NCBI GenBank assembly: GCA_045644865.1
Contig: JAZRHS010000004.1
Location: forward strand, 1-48,278
From: Eubacteriales bacterium
GTDB lineage: Bacteria; Bacillota; Clostridia; Oscillospirales; CAG-272
Direction of reading: 5' to 3'
Length of the DNA: 48,278 nt
Below, piece by piece: positions 36,163-45,736 of this stretch. The position numbers and the translations under genes were made by a program. The number at the start of each line of letters is the position of its first letter. Position 1 is the stretch's first letter. A model generated the notes under the pieces. That model had not been told where the DNA came from, searched no databases, and was given only the letters and a program-made list of their open reading frames with translations.

Positions 36163-36585
36163 ATGTTTTTAGGTGAATTTAAACATACGGTCGATAGCAA
36201 GAACAGAATGTTCGTGCCCGCGAAGTTCCGTGAAGAGCTTGGCGAAACCTTCGTAGTTGCCCAGAGTATGAGCGGTGCGGCACTTAAGATGATCGCTATG
36301 AGCGAGTGGGATAATTACATTGAGCCTATCAAAAAGCTTCCCGCCCTTCAACGCGAGGTAGCAATGCGTGCTATGAGCCGTACTGCTATTCAGGTTACCC
36401 CCGACTCTCAGGGAAGAATAGTTCTTTCTCCCACACTTATGGAGTATGCGGGTATCACAAAGAACGCGGTTATCGTTGGTTGCGTTAACACAGCCGAGAT
36501 CTGGGCTGACGAAAACGACCAGGCGGCTATGGCTGAGGAAAAGGCGCTTGATTGGCGCGCAATTCTTGCGGCAAGCGACAACTGA
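36163..36585 (+). CDS. mraZ: Transcriptional regulator MraZ
   Basis: 140 aa, MFLGEFKHTVDSKNRMFVPAKFREELG, with two SpoVT/AbrB-like repeats. Confidence 0.95.
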   Translation: MFLGEFKHTVDSKNRMFVPAKFREELGETFVVAQSMSGAALKMIAMSEWDNYIEPIKKLPALQREVAMRAMSRTAIQVTPDSQGRIVLSPTLMEYAGITKNAVIVGCVNTAEIWADENDQAAMAEEKALDWRAILAASDN

Positions 36586-36586
36586 T

Positions 36587-37534
36587 ATGAGCGAGCAAAT
36601 AAACTTTTCACACAAATCGGTGCTTCTGTGGGAATGTATAGACGCCCTTGATATAAAGCCCGGCGGAATATATGTAGACGGCACCTGCGGCGGCGCGGGG
36701 CACTCGTCGAAAATAGCCGAAAGACTTGGTGAAAAAGGAAGACTTATAGCAATCGATCAGGACGAGGACGCTATAAGAACCATTACCGAAAGACTTTCGG
36801 TGTATGGTGATAAGGTAACTATAGTAAGAAATAATTTCTCAAATCTTGCGGATGTTTGCCGCGAGCTTGGGGTTGAAAAGATAGACGGCCTTTTGCTTGA
36901 CCTTGGGGTGAGCTCCTTCCAGCTTGATGAAGCAAGCCGAGGATTTTCGTATATGGCGGACGCTCCGCTTGATATGAGAATGGACAACAGGCTTCGCGTA
37001 AGCGCGTGGAATGTAGTGAATGAATACTCCGAGCAAGAGCTGAAGAGAATTATATACGAGTACGGAGAGGATCGATATGCTGGCAAGATCGCCTCTAAAA
37101 TTGTGTTTGCCAGAAGCCAACAACCTATAAATACGACAGGCGAGCTTGTTCAAGTCGTAAAAAATGCGGTGCCCGCAGCGATGCGAGAAGGTGGGTCGCA
37201 CCCTGCGAAGCGTACATTCCAGGCTATCCGCATTGAAGTGAACAAGGAGCTTTCAGTTATAGCTCCCGCCATTCGCTCCGCAGTAAAGCTGTTGGGTGAA
37301 GGCGGGAGGATCGCCATCATTACATTCCACTCTCTTGAGGACAGAATAGTTAAGCAGGAGTTTTTGAAATTCACAAAGGGCTGCACTTGCCCCAAGGATT
37401 TCCCCATATGTGTTTGCGGAAACAAGCCCGAGTTAAGGCTTGTCAATAACAAACCGATATTACCAAGTAAAGAAGAGCTTGAAGAAAATTCGCGCTCCCA
37501 CAGCGCAAAGCTGAGGGTTGCGGAGAAAATTTAG
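36587..37534 (+). CDS. rsmH: 16S rRNA (cytosine1402-N4)-methyltransferase
   Basis: MSEQINFSHKSVLLWECI...DGTCGGAGHS...SFHSLEDR motifs. The true ATG at 36587 lies 1 nt after the mraZ stop. The track ORF start (36446) is an artefact. Confidence 0.95.
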   Translation: MSEQINFSHKSVLLWECIDALDIKPGGIYVDGTCGGAGHSSKIAERLGEKGRLIAIDQDEDAIRTITERLSVYGDKVTIVRNNFSNLADVCRELGVEKIDGLLLDLGVSSFQLDEASRGFSYMADAPLDMRMDNRLRVSAWNVVNEYSEQELKRIIYEYGEDRYAGKIASKIVFARSQQPINTTGELVQVVKNAVPAAMREGGSHPAKRTFQAIRIEVNKELSVIAPAIRSAVKLLGEGGRIAIITFHSLEDRIVKQEFLKFTKGCTCPKDFPICVCGNKPELRLVNNKPILPSKEELEENSRSHSAKLRVAEKI

Positions 37535-37553
37535 TAAAGGAGGCATTCGGATA

Positions 37554-38255
37554 ATGACTATGCAAGAAAACAGACCTAATATAGTTGTTGATGAAAATTT
37601 TTTGATGCTTGAGAAGAAGCTTAAGCGCAGATATGCCGAGAAGGCTTCAGCTTATTCGAATGCCGAGGCAATAGAACAGGAGCGCGACAGCGCATTGGCG
37701 TACGCGGCAGTACAGAGAGCATATAGCAACAGTAAGGTTCCGGGCGGCATTTCTATGTATATGAACGGAAGGTCGGGCGGAACAAGCTATATGACCACCG
37801 AGGACTTTGTGGCTTATTTTGACAGATGCAGAGATACCTTTGGCGCAATGAGTGTTGAAACTGTTGCTCCCGCGGCAAATAAGAGTGAGGATACTCCTCA
37901 TGTGTGTGTTAACCAGAAGAAGCTGGATCAGATGGCAAAAGCAAAGGCAAAGGCAAGCAAAAAGCGTGTTACACCTGTAGCAAAGGCATCTGAAAGACCT
38001 GTTCAGAATGTAAAGATTGAAGCTAACAAGCTTGAGGCTTTCTTTGAAAAGCTTTCGGCTGTAAAGGGAAGAGCGGTGGCAAGTGTTGCCGCGATTGCTC
38101 TTTGTTGCTCGGTTGCCGTTGGTGGAGTAATGGCATTTACCCCCGAGGAGCCGGCAGACAACGGCGTAGCAATGGCAAATATGCGTGTATCAGAGCCTGT
38201 AGTTGAGCAGTATGACGGAGAGGCACACGCTGATTTGTTAAGCACGCTGGAATAA
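37554..38255 (+). CDS. Hypothetical protein occupying the ftsL position (long cytoplasmic N-terminal region, single C-proximal TM)
   Basis: 233 aa. AGGAGG lies 10 nt upstream of the ATG at 37554. The only hydrophobic segment is ASVAAIALCCSVAVGGVMAF, about 40 aa from the C-terminus. Confidence 0.65.
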   Translation: MTMQENRPNIVVDENFLMLEKKLKRRYAEKASAYSNAEAIEQERDSALAYAAVQRAYSNSKVPGGISMYMNGRSGGTSYMTTEDFVAYFDRCRDTFGAMSVETVAPAANKSEDTPHVCVNQKKLDQMAKAKAKASKKRVTPVAKASERPVQNVKIEANKLEAFFEKLSAVKGRAVASVAAIALCCSVAVGGVMAFTPEEPADNGVAMANMRVSEPVVEQYDGEAHADLLSTLE

Positions 38256-38313
38256 AAAGAGAAAAACAGAATAAAATAGTATCGACAAAGCCAAATTTGA
38301 TAATTTAATTTTT

Positions 38314-38423
38314 GAACGGCAATGAAGCGAAGCTCGTGAGTTACCCTTTAGGTAGCGAGGGCAGCGGATTTTTGAGCAGCGACCCATATGCTCACAAGTC
38401 CGTTCGCTTGCCGTTCATTTTTT
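38314..38423 (+). terminator. Long branched stem structure ending in U6 (intrinsic terminator/attenuator or structured RNA)
   Basis: GAACGGC/GCCGTTC plus AAGCGAA/TTCGCTT plus CTCGTGAG/CTCACAAG enclose about 50 nt that contain a further small hairpin. ATTTTTT follows at 38417-38423. Confidence 0.5.
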
Positions 38424-38465
38424 ATCTGATTTGTTTGTCCCAAATCTTAAGTCGGGGGACATTTT

Positions 38466-40493
38466 ATGACAGGCAATGTGGATACGGGCTTTGCAAGGCG
38501 CGCTTTGACGGTAGTGCTTGCAATAATTTTTGTGTTTTTTTCTCTGTGCGGAAGAATTTTGGCATATCAGACCTACGGGTATGATAAATATCGTGAAAAG
38601 GTCATAGACCAGCTCACTACCGTATCGCCGTCTGTGGCGGAGCGGGGTGCGATATATGACGCAAGCGGAAGACTGCTTGCAACAAACAAAACTACATACA
38701 GAGTGTTTATTTCGCCGTCGGCAATATCCTCGGCGCAAAAACAGCTTGACAAAAAGAAAACCAATTCTATTTCTGTGCTTATTTCCGAAAGACTTTCGGA
38801 AATTTTGGGTATAAGCAGCGATGTGATCCTGAAAAAGACAGAAAAAACAGGCAGACTTGATGAAACGGTGGTCAGAAACGCTGACGAGGAAACGGCGCAG
38901 AGGATAAGAGCGCTTATAATCGAGGAGCATCTTGAGCATTTGGTCTTTCTTGAAGCGTCTACTCAAAGATATTACCCATACGGAAGTCTTGCCTCTCATG
39001 TTCTTGGCTTTACGGGTGCTGACGGCGACGGACTTTACGGACTTGAATATGAATACAACAAGGAGATAAGCGGAAGCGACGGTTATTATGTTACTGCCCG
39101 CGACTCTCGCGGCAACGAGCTGCCAAACCAATATAATACATACACCAGAGCCGAAGACGGATACAGCATCACAACCACAATAGACGCCTATATTCAAGCG
39201 GCGCTTGAAGAACAGCTTGAATGTGCGGTGATCGATTCGGGGGCGCTTAACAGAGCCTGCGGTATAATAATGGATGTGGAAAGCGGCGCTGTGCTTGCTA
39301 TGTCGGTCTATCCCGAGTTTGATCTGAATTCTCCAAGAGAGCTTGTTGAGTATTATGAACAAAAGCTTGCTTCAAGCGGACTTCAAAAGGGCAGCGACGA
39401 GTATTCGGCACTGTCGCAGAAATACCTGCTTGAAAGTTGGTCGAATAAGGCGCTGACCGAAAGCTATATTCCCGGCTCGACCTTTAAGATAATAACCTCG
39501 TCTATGGCTCTTGAGGAATCGCTTTCCATACTTAACGGCAATGTTTATTGCGGCGGAGTAAAGACGGTTCTTGGAAAGGGCATACATTGTCATAAGCGGA
39601 CAGGACACGGAAGCCTGACCTTTGCAGAGGGTGTTCAGCACTCCTGTAATGTGTGGTTTATGTCTATCGGCGCACAGCTTGGCTGTGAGCGGTTTATGAA
39701 TTATTTCAAGCTTTTTGGGTATAGAGAAAAAACAGGAATAGACCTTCCCGGTGAGGGAATGGGAGTTATAACCTCTAAAATGTCAGAGCTTGACCTTGCC
39801 ATATATGCCTTTGGGCAGAACTTCACAGTTACTGCAATTCAGCATATTGCGGCAATTTCAGCCGTTGCCAATGGCGGTAATCTTGTTACACCTTATCTTG
39901 TGGAAAGTATGCGCGATTCCTCGGGAAATGTGGTTTATACTCACGAAAGTGAGGTCAAGCGTCAGGTTATGAGTGAGTCAAGTGCCAAGCGTATAGCAGA
40001 AATACTTGCCGAGGGCGTGGCGGGCGTAGGCGGTGCAAAGAACGCCTATGTTGCGGGCTACAGAGTTGCCGCCAAGACAGGAACATCAGAGAAGAAGGGC
40101 GAAACTACTACGGGAGAGGAAATGTATATTTGCTCCTGTGTGGCCTTTGCTCCTGCCGATGACCCCAAGATTGCAATAATTATAATGGTTGACGAGCCGA
40201 CAAATGGAATACTTTACGGAAGCACCGTGGCAGCTCCTTATATAGCCAAAACTCTTGAAACCGTGTTGCCATACCTTGGTGTTGAGCCTGTGTATACTGA
40301 AGAAGAAAAAAATTTGCTAAAGGGGCAGATTCCCGACTATACAGGACTTCCTGTTGCGAACGCCGTCGCATATGCTGAAAGCAGAGGAATAAAGGCGAAA
40401 ATAGTCGGAAACGGAGATTATATAGTTTCTCAAAAGCCAAAAAGCGGATATCAGCCGTCCTTTGACGGAAATATTATATTCTATACAGAATAG
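38466..40493 (+). CDS. Class B penicillin-binding protein (FtsI/PBP2B/SpoVD type) with a C-terminal PASTA domain
   Basis: N-terminal TM, dimerisation domain, transpeptidase motifs STFK (PGSTFKIITS), SCN and KTGT (AAKTGTSEK), and one PASTA repeat at the C-terminus. Confidence 0.92.
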   Translation: MTGNVDTGFARRALTVVLAIIFVFFSLCGRILAYQTYGYDKYREKVIDQLTTVSPSVAERGAIYDASGRLLATNKTTYRVFISPSAISSAQKQLDKKKTNSISVLISERLSEILGISSDVILKKTEKTGRLDETVVRNADEETAQRIRALIIEEHLEHLVFLEASTQRYYPYGSLASHVLGFTGADGDGLYGLEYEYNKEISGSDGYYVTARDSRGNELPNQYNTYTRAEDGYSITTTIDAYIQAALEEQLECAVIDSGALNRACGIIMDVESGAVLAMSVYPEFDLNSPRELVEYYEQKLASSGLQKGSDEYSALSQKYLLESWSNKALTESYIPGSTFKIITSSMALEESLSILNGNVYCGGVKTVLGKGIHCHKRTGHGSLTFAEGVQHSCNVWFMSIGAQLGCERFMNYFKLFGYREKTGIDLPGEGMGVITSKMSELDLAIYAFGQNFTVTAIQHIAAISAVANGGNLVTPYLVESMRDSSGNVVYTHESEVKRQVMSESSAKRIAEILAEGVAGVGGAKNAYVAGYRVAAKTGTSEKKGETTTGEEMYICSCVAFAPADDPKIAIIIMVDEPTNGILYGSTVAAPYIAKTLETVLPYLGVEPVYTEEEKNLLKGQIPDYTGLPVANAVAYAESRGIKAKIVGNGDYIVSQKPKSGYQPSFDGNIIFYTE

Positions 40494-40535
40494 CGGGCGT
40501 TCGCCTGATCCTCAATAAAATTGAGGAGTCTTATT

Positions 40536-42026
40536 ATGAATTTGCATTATCTTTGCACCGCGGCGGGAATAGAGTGCGGCGAGGTAGAGAATGTAGAAAT
40601 AAATGCTGTAAAAAGCAATTCGGAGAAAATTGAAAAGGGAGATCTTTTCGTTTGTGTCAAAGGCTTACATCTTGACGGACACGATTATATACAAAAAGCA
40701 ATAGACCGCGGTGCGGCGGCGGTGATTTCGGAAAGACCGACAGAGTGTGCCGTTCCTGTGGTGGTAATTGAAAATACAAGAAGGGCTTTGCCTCTGCTTT
40801 GCGACGCTGTGCTTGGCTTTCCGTCAAAAAGGCTTAAGCTTGTAGCGGTTACGGGAACTAACGGAAAGACCTCTGTTACCTATATGTTAAGGGCAATATT
40901 CAACGCGGCAATGTACAAAACAGGGCTTATAGGAACTGTAAGGTGCTATTGCGGCGAGAGTGTCCTTGACGGCGGAAACGGCAATCCACTTGCCAATATG
41001 ACCACACCCGACCCCGAGGAGCTTTTCGCTCTTTTTAAGAAAATGGCAGACGAGGGTGTTGAGTATGTCTTTATGGAAGCAAGCTCTCACGCTCTTGCCC
41101 TTGATAAGCTTGAAGGGCTTCGGTTTGAGGCGGCGGTATTTACCAATCTGACCCCCGAGCATCTTGACTTTCACAAGGATATGGAAGAATATTTTCTTGC
41201 AAAGTCAAGGCTTTTTGAAAAGAGCAAAAGGTGCATAATAAATACCGACGACCCTTATGGAAAAAGGCTTATAGAAGCTTTTCGCCAAAGGTCGGTGGGG
41301 TGTAGTGCCATAAGAAAATGCTGTGATTATTTTGCGGGAGATATCAAGGAGCTTGGCATAGAGGGAAATCGCTACCGAATGGTTGCGCCAACAAGACAGT
41401 TTGTTATAAGAACCCCTCTTGTGGGCGGCTTTAATGTAATGAATACTCTTGAAGCGGCGGCGTGTGCCGTAGAGCTTGGCGTTGCGCCTCAAAGTATTAT
41501 GAGCGCCCTTGCGGTAATGAACGGAGTAGAGGGTAGACTTGAGCGCGTACGGCTTGGTGTAATAACCGATTATTCTGTTTTTATAGATTACGCTCATACT
41601 CCCGATGCCCTGTACAATCTGCTTGAAACCCTTTGTAAAATAAGGCGGTGCGGAGAGCGAATAGTGCTTGTTTTCGGTTGCGGCGGAGATAGAGATAAGA
41701 GCAAGCGCAGAAAAATGGGAGAGATAGCGGCGCGATACGCCGATAAGCTTATAGTTACCTCTGATAACAGCCGCAGCGAGAAGCCCTCGGATATAATTTC
41801 CGAGATAGTGGCGGGAATAGGATGCTTTGAGCATACTGTTATCGAGGACAGGGCAAAAGCCATCGAATACGCCGTAAAAAACGCCCAAACAGGCGACCTT
41901 ATAGTGCTTGCGGGCAAGGGACATGAGGAATACGAGATAGATGTCCTCGGCAAGCACCCATTCAGTGAGAAAAAGATAGCCGCACAGGCGGCGCAGAAAT
42001 ATTATTCCGAGAAAGCGGGAAAATAA
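40536..42026 (+). CDS. murE: UDP-N-acetylmuramoyl-L-alanyl-D-glutamate--2,6-diaminopimelate ligase (amino-acid specificity not proven)
   Basis: Mur ligase P-loop GTNGKTS, central and C-terminal domains, and DNSR at the position of the DNPR specificity motif. The ATG at 40536 sits behind GAGGAG. Confidence 0.92.
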   Translation: MNLHYLCTAAGIECGEVENVEINAVKSNSEKIEKGDLFVCVKGLHLDGHDYIQKAIDRGAAAVISERPTECAVPVVVIENTRRALPLLCDAVLGFPSKRLKLVAVTGTNGKTSVTYMLRAIFNAAMYKTGLIGTVRCYCGESVLDGGNGNPLANMTTPDPEELFALFKKMADEGVEYVFMEASSHALALDKLEGLRFEAAVFTNLTPEHLDFHKDMEEYFLAKSRLFEKSKRCIINTDDPYGKRLIEAFRQRSVGCSAIRKCCDYFAGDIKELGIEGNRYRMVAPTRQFVIRTPLVGGFNVMNTLEAAACAVELGVAPQSIMSALAVMNGVEGRLERVRLGVITDYSVFIDYAHTPDALYNLLETLCKIRRCGERIVLVFGCGGDRDKSKRRKMGEIAARYADKLIVTSDNSRSEKPSDIISEIVAGIGCFEHTVIEDRAKAIEYAVKNAQTGDLIVLAGKGHEEYEIDVLGKHPFSEKKIAAQAAQKYYSEKAGK

Positions 42027-42047
42027 TAGCAAAGGAAGGGTCAGAAT

Positions 42048-43484
42048 ATGAAGATCAAGCTTGGTGTAAAGAATGCAACTGTTGAGTATCTGTGTTCAAT
42101 GTGCAGAGGACAGTTGGTCGGTAATGCAAGCGGAGCAGTTGAATATGTTTGTACCGACTCAAGAGAGGTTGACGAAAAGACCCTCTTTGTGGTAAGCGTG
42201 GGTGAGCGTGTGGACGGACATAATTATATGCTTTCTGCCGCCAAGAACGGTTGTAAATTCTTCCTTTGTCAGAGAATACCCGAGGAGCTTGAATACAGCG
42301 GATATGAATATTCGGCTATCGTTACCTCGGACACCCTCAATTCGCTTGCCTGGATAGCTATGAATTATACCTCAACGCTTGATATGAGAAGCGTTGCGGT
42401 TACGGGAAGCGTGGGAAAAACAACAACCAAGGAGTTTATATACGCGGTGCTTTGTCAGGCGTATAAGACTCACAAAACCAAGGCTAACCATAACAGTATA
42501 ATAGGAATGCCTATGAGTATGCTTGAGGCTGACCAAAGCTTTGAGGCGGCGGTAATTGAAATGGGTATGAGCGGCTTTGGCGAGATTGAGAGAATGTCAA
42601 ATGTAGCAAAGCCGCATATCGCCTGCATAACCAATATCGGTACATCGCATCTTGAAATGCTTGGAAGCCGAGAGAACATTTGTCGCGCAAAGCTTGAAAT
42701 AATAAGCGGAATGAAGGACGGCGGCTTGCTTATAGTAAACGGCGACGAGCCGCTTCTTGCACAGGCAGATGTGGGAAGCATCAGAAGGCTTATGGTAGGC
42801 GTTTCAAACCCCAAATGTTATATAAGAGCAGAGCATCTTCGCTATTGCGATGAGGGAAGCGTCTTTGACATTATTGTTGGGGACGAGGTATACCCCAATA
42901 TTGAAATAAATGTTATAGGAAAGCAGTTTGTATACGCTTCGCTTTTTGCCTTTGCGGTAGGACTTGAGCTTGGCATTGATGCTGAAAAAATAATTGTGGG
43001 GCTTAAAAATTTCGAAAATGCCGATATGAGGCAGAATATATATGAGGTTGGCGGAATAACAATAATTGAGGACTGTTATAACGCAAGCCCTGAGTCTATG
43101 CGTGCGGCTGTTGATGTTCTTAAAACCATTTCAAAGAGCAAAAAGGGCTCGCGTATGACCGCTCTGCTTGGCGATATGAGAGAGCTTGGCGAGAATGCCA
43201 AGGAATATCACAAGGGCGTGGGCGAGTATTTTGCAAGGTCGGGCGGAAAGCTGCTTATGACTATGGGCGAGCTTGGCAGAAGCATTGCAGAAGGCGCGCT
43301 CGAGGGCGGTGTTTCCGAAAAAAATGTTTATGTTGCTTTGGATTATAACAATTACGAGCTTATCGGCTCAACTCTTAAGGATATACTTAATGAGGGCGAT
43401 GTTTTGCTTGTAAAGGCAAGCAGAGCCATAGGAGCGGAGCGCGTGGTGGCGTATCTGAAGGAAAAGCTTACAAAAGGCGATTGA
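42048..43484 (+). CDS. murF: UDP-N-acetylmuramoyl-tripeptide--D-alanyl-D-alanine ligase
   Basis: 478 aa, GSVGKTTTKE P-loop and Mur ligase domains. Position after murE supports the call. Confidence 0.93.
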   Translation: MKIKLGVKNATVEYLCSMCRGQLVGNASGAVEYVCTDSREVDEKTLFVVSVGERVDGHNYMLSAAKNGCKFFLCQRIPEELEYSGYEYSAIVTSDTLNSLAWIAMNYTSTLDMRSVAVTGSVGKTTTKEFIYAVLCQAYKTHKTKANHNSIIGMPMSMLEADQSFEAAVIEMGMSGFGEIERMSNVAKPHIACITNIGTSHLEMLGSRENICRAKLEIISGMKDGGLLIVNGDEPLLAQADVGSIRRLMVGVSNPKCYIRAEHLRYCDEGSVFDIIVGDEVYPNIEINVIGKQFVYASLFAFAVGLELGIDAEKIIVGLKNFENADMRQNIYEVGGITIIEDCYNASPESMRAAVDVLKTISKSKKGSRMTALLGDMRELGENAKEYHKGVGEYFARSGGKLLMTMGELGRSIAEGALEGGVSEKNVYVALDYNNYELIGSTLKDILNEGDVLLVKASRAIGAERVVAYLKEKLTKGD

Positions 43485-43510
43485 CAAGGAAAGGTTGACG
43501 GTGAAGGAAA

Positions 43511-44482
43511 ATGATAATAGAATTTATCTCGGTGCTTGCGGCTGTGCTTGTGCTTACAGTCATATTTGGCAGAATTATTATTCCCATTCTCAAAAGCAAA
43601 AAAATGGGGCAGTATATAAAGGACATCGGTCCAAGATGGCATAAGTCAAAGCAGGGAACTCCTACAATGGGCGGTATAATATTTATTGCCGCTATGGTGG
43701 CGGTGTCGGCGGTGGCGATAGTCATAAACAGAGAAAACGCTATGAGAATAGTCGCTATTCTCCTTCTTGGCGTACTCAGTGGAGCGGTGGGCTTTATTGA
43801 CGACTACCTTAAGCTGATAAAGAAGAATAATGACGGACTTGATGAGCTTCCCAAAAGTATTCTTCAGCTTTCTGCGGGGGCGGTGTATCTTTTTGTAATG
43901 CGCGTGTGCGGATTTATAGATACCACCCTTGAGCTTCCCTTTGGCGACGGAGCTATAGAGCTTGGCATATTCTATTACATTTTTGCTCTTGCTCTTATCT
44001 GGGGTGTGGTCAACAGTACAAACATAACCGACGGAATAGACGGCTTGGCAGGCACAATAACCTTTTTTGTGGGCTGCTTCTTTGCCATCTGCGGATTTTA
44101 TTTTGCCGACCGTGCAGCAACCCTTGTCAGTGCGGCGCTGATTGGCGGTATGATAGGCTTTTTGGTGTACAATATTAACCCCGCAAGAGTGTTTATGGGC
44201 GATACAGGCTCGCTTTTCATCGGCGGTATTATAACCGCGCTGGCGTTTGAAATAAACGAGCCCCTTGTGGTCGTGATATGCGGACTTGTTTATATTCTCG
44301 AGTTTGGCTCGTCTATACTCCAGCGTTATGTGTATAAGCTCTCGGGCAGAAAGAAGCGCCTTTTCAAGATGGCGCCTGTTCATCACCATTTTGAGCAATG
44401 CGGCTGGAGCGAGAACAAGATAGTTGTGGTTTTCTCGTCGGTAACTGTCCTTTGCTGTGTAGTAGCTTGGCTCGCGCTTTAA
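43511..44482 (+). CDS. mraY: Phospho-N-acetylmuramoyl-pentapeptide-transferase
   Basis: 323 aa, 10 TM segments, with conserved NxTDGxDGLA and MGDTGS motifs and a HHHFE block. Confidence 0.96.
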   Translation: MIIEFISVLAAVLVLTVIFGRIIIPILKSKKMGQYIKDIGPRWHKSKQGTPTMGGIIFIAAMVAVSAVAIVINRENAMRIVAILLLGVLSGAVGFIDDYLKLIKKNNDGLDELPKSILQLSAGAVYLFVMRVCGFIDTTLELPFGDGAIELGIFYYIFALALIWGVVNSTNITDGIDGLAGTITFFVGCFFAICGFYFADRAATLVSAALIGGMIGFLVYNINPARVFMGDTGSLFIGGIITALAFEINEPLVVVICGLVYILEFGSSILQRYVYKLSGRKKRLFKMAPVHHHFEQCGWSENKIVVVFSSVTVLCCVVAWLAL

Positions 44483-44496
44483 CGGAGGTGCTTTAA

Positions 44497-45723
44497 TTGA
44501 ATTTTCATCGGATACGGGAAACTGAAAAAGTATCTGATGTTAAAAAAAGCAGAAGTAAAAGCAACATTTTCCATAATATTTTTACATTAACCGACAAAAA
44601 TGACCCGAGAGATAAGATAGATATACGCTTTGCGATGTATTGTGCTGTATTGTTGCTGTTCGGTATGCTGATGAATTACAGCGCAAGCTGTGTCTATGCC
44701 GAGCAGATGTACGGAGATAGCACTTATTTCCTTGTGAGATATGCGGCATTCGCGGTTGTAAGCATAATCGCCGTCTGTGTTTTTATACACAAGGCAACCT
44801 TGTCATTCTGGTATCATTTTTCAAAGGCGGCATATTTTGCCACACTTGGTCTGCTTGCTCTCGTTCTTATAATCGGAACGGTGGGCGGAGGAGCGCAGAG
44901 GTGGATTCGTATAGGCCCATTAACGGTGCAGCCCTCTGAGATTGCAAAAATGGCGGTAGTTCTTATGCTTGCAAGGTATCTTTCCGACCACAACGAGGAA
45001 GTAACCTCGCTTGATAAAAAGGGCGGAAGCTTTAAGTGCGGTGTGCTTATTCCGGGGGCTATAATAGGGGCGGTGTGCGCTCTTGTTGCCCTTGAAAAGC
45101 ATATCTCGGGTCTGATGATAATAGCGATGCTTGGGGCTTGTGTAATGCTTGTGGGCGGCACAAGAATTAAGTATATCCTTGCTCTTGGCGGTACGGTTGC
45201 CCTTGCGGGAACAGGACTTATTCTTGTTTCGGATTATGCCCGTTCGCGAGTTAATACCTGGCTGAACATTGACAGCGTTGACCCCTTGGGTGAGGCGTGG
45301 CAGACCTTGCAGGGGCTTTACGCAATAGGCTCGGGCGGATTTTTCGGGCGGGGGCTTTTCAATAGTCTTCAAAAATTCGGCTATGTGTCCCAACCGCAGA
45401 ATGACTTTGTTTTTACAATAATCTGTGAGGAGCTTGGCTTCTTTGGCGCGCTTGCGGTGGTTTTGATTTTTGCCGCGGTTGTGGTCAGGGGAATGAAGAT
45501 TGCTATGCACATTCCGAATAGATTCGGCGCGCTTGCGGTAATGGGGCTTACAGTCAAGCTGGGGCTTCAGGCGGCGCTTAATATTGCCGTTGTAACAAAT
45601 TCAATGCCCAATACAGGAATATCGCTCCCGTTCTTCAGCTCGGGAGGAACATCGCTGGCGTTGCAGATTTTTGAGATAGGAATAATTCTCAATATGTCGC
45701 GCTACAGCAGAATAAAAAAATAA
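44497..45723 (+). CDS. ftsW: SEDS-family peptidoglycan glycosyltransferase FtsW/SpoVE
   Basis: 408 aa polytopic protein with conserved ...QPSEIAK... and PNTGISLPFFSSGGTS motifs. A TTG start at 44497 lies 8 nt after GGAGG. Confidence 0.9.
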   Translation: MNFHRIRETEKVSDVKKSRSKSNIFHNIFTLTDKNDPRDKIDIRFAMYCAVLLLFGMLMNYSASCVYAEQMYGDSTYFLVRYAAFAVVSIIAVCVFIHKATLSFWYHFSKAAYFATLGLLALVLIIGTVGGGAQRWIRIGPLTVQPSEIAKMAVVLMLARYLSDHNEEVTSLDKKGGSFKCGVLIPGAIIGAVCALVALEKHISGLMIIAMLGACVMLVGGTRIKYILALGGTVALAGTGLILVSDYARSRVNTWLNIDSVDPLGEAWQTLQGLYAIGSGGFFGRGLFNSLQKFGYVSQPQNDFVFTIICEELGFFGALAVVLIFAAVVVRGMKIAMHIPNRFGALAVMGLTVKLGLQAALNIAVVTNSMPNTGISLPFFSSGGTSLALQIFEIGIILNMSRYSRIKK

Positions 45724-45736
45724 GAGAGGATTTGAA

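Noticed and set aside
36446-36586. N-terminal 47-aa extension of the rsmH ORF overlapping mraZ. Analogous track extensions occur for hisA (13852), rlmD (21992), rimO (to 20654), mecA (to 30863), ytvI (to 8234) and the ATPase (3027).
   Set aside because: The extensions lack an SD, overlap the upstream gene in another frame and are not part of the conserved protein N-termini. Internal ATGs with good SDs match the family N-termini.
38312-38584. 90-aa plus-strand ORF starting at a TTG in the ftsL-slot/PBP spacer.
   Set aside because: It starts inside the structured hairpin and has no SD. It runs out of frame into the PBP gene, whose own ATG at 38466 follows GGGGGA. The region is better explained as RNA structure.
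38415-39362. 315-aa minus-strand ORF, plus similar antisense ORFs at 41205-42032, 43646-44398, 44920-45510 and 47009-47725.
   Set aside because: All are embedded antisense in highly conserved dcw genes (PBP, murE, mraY, ftsW, ftsZ). None has a ribosome-binding site, and their composition is implausible.
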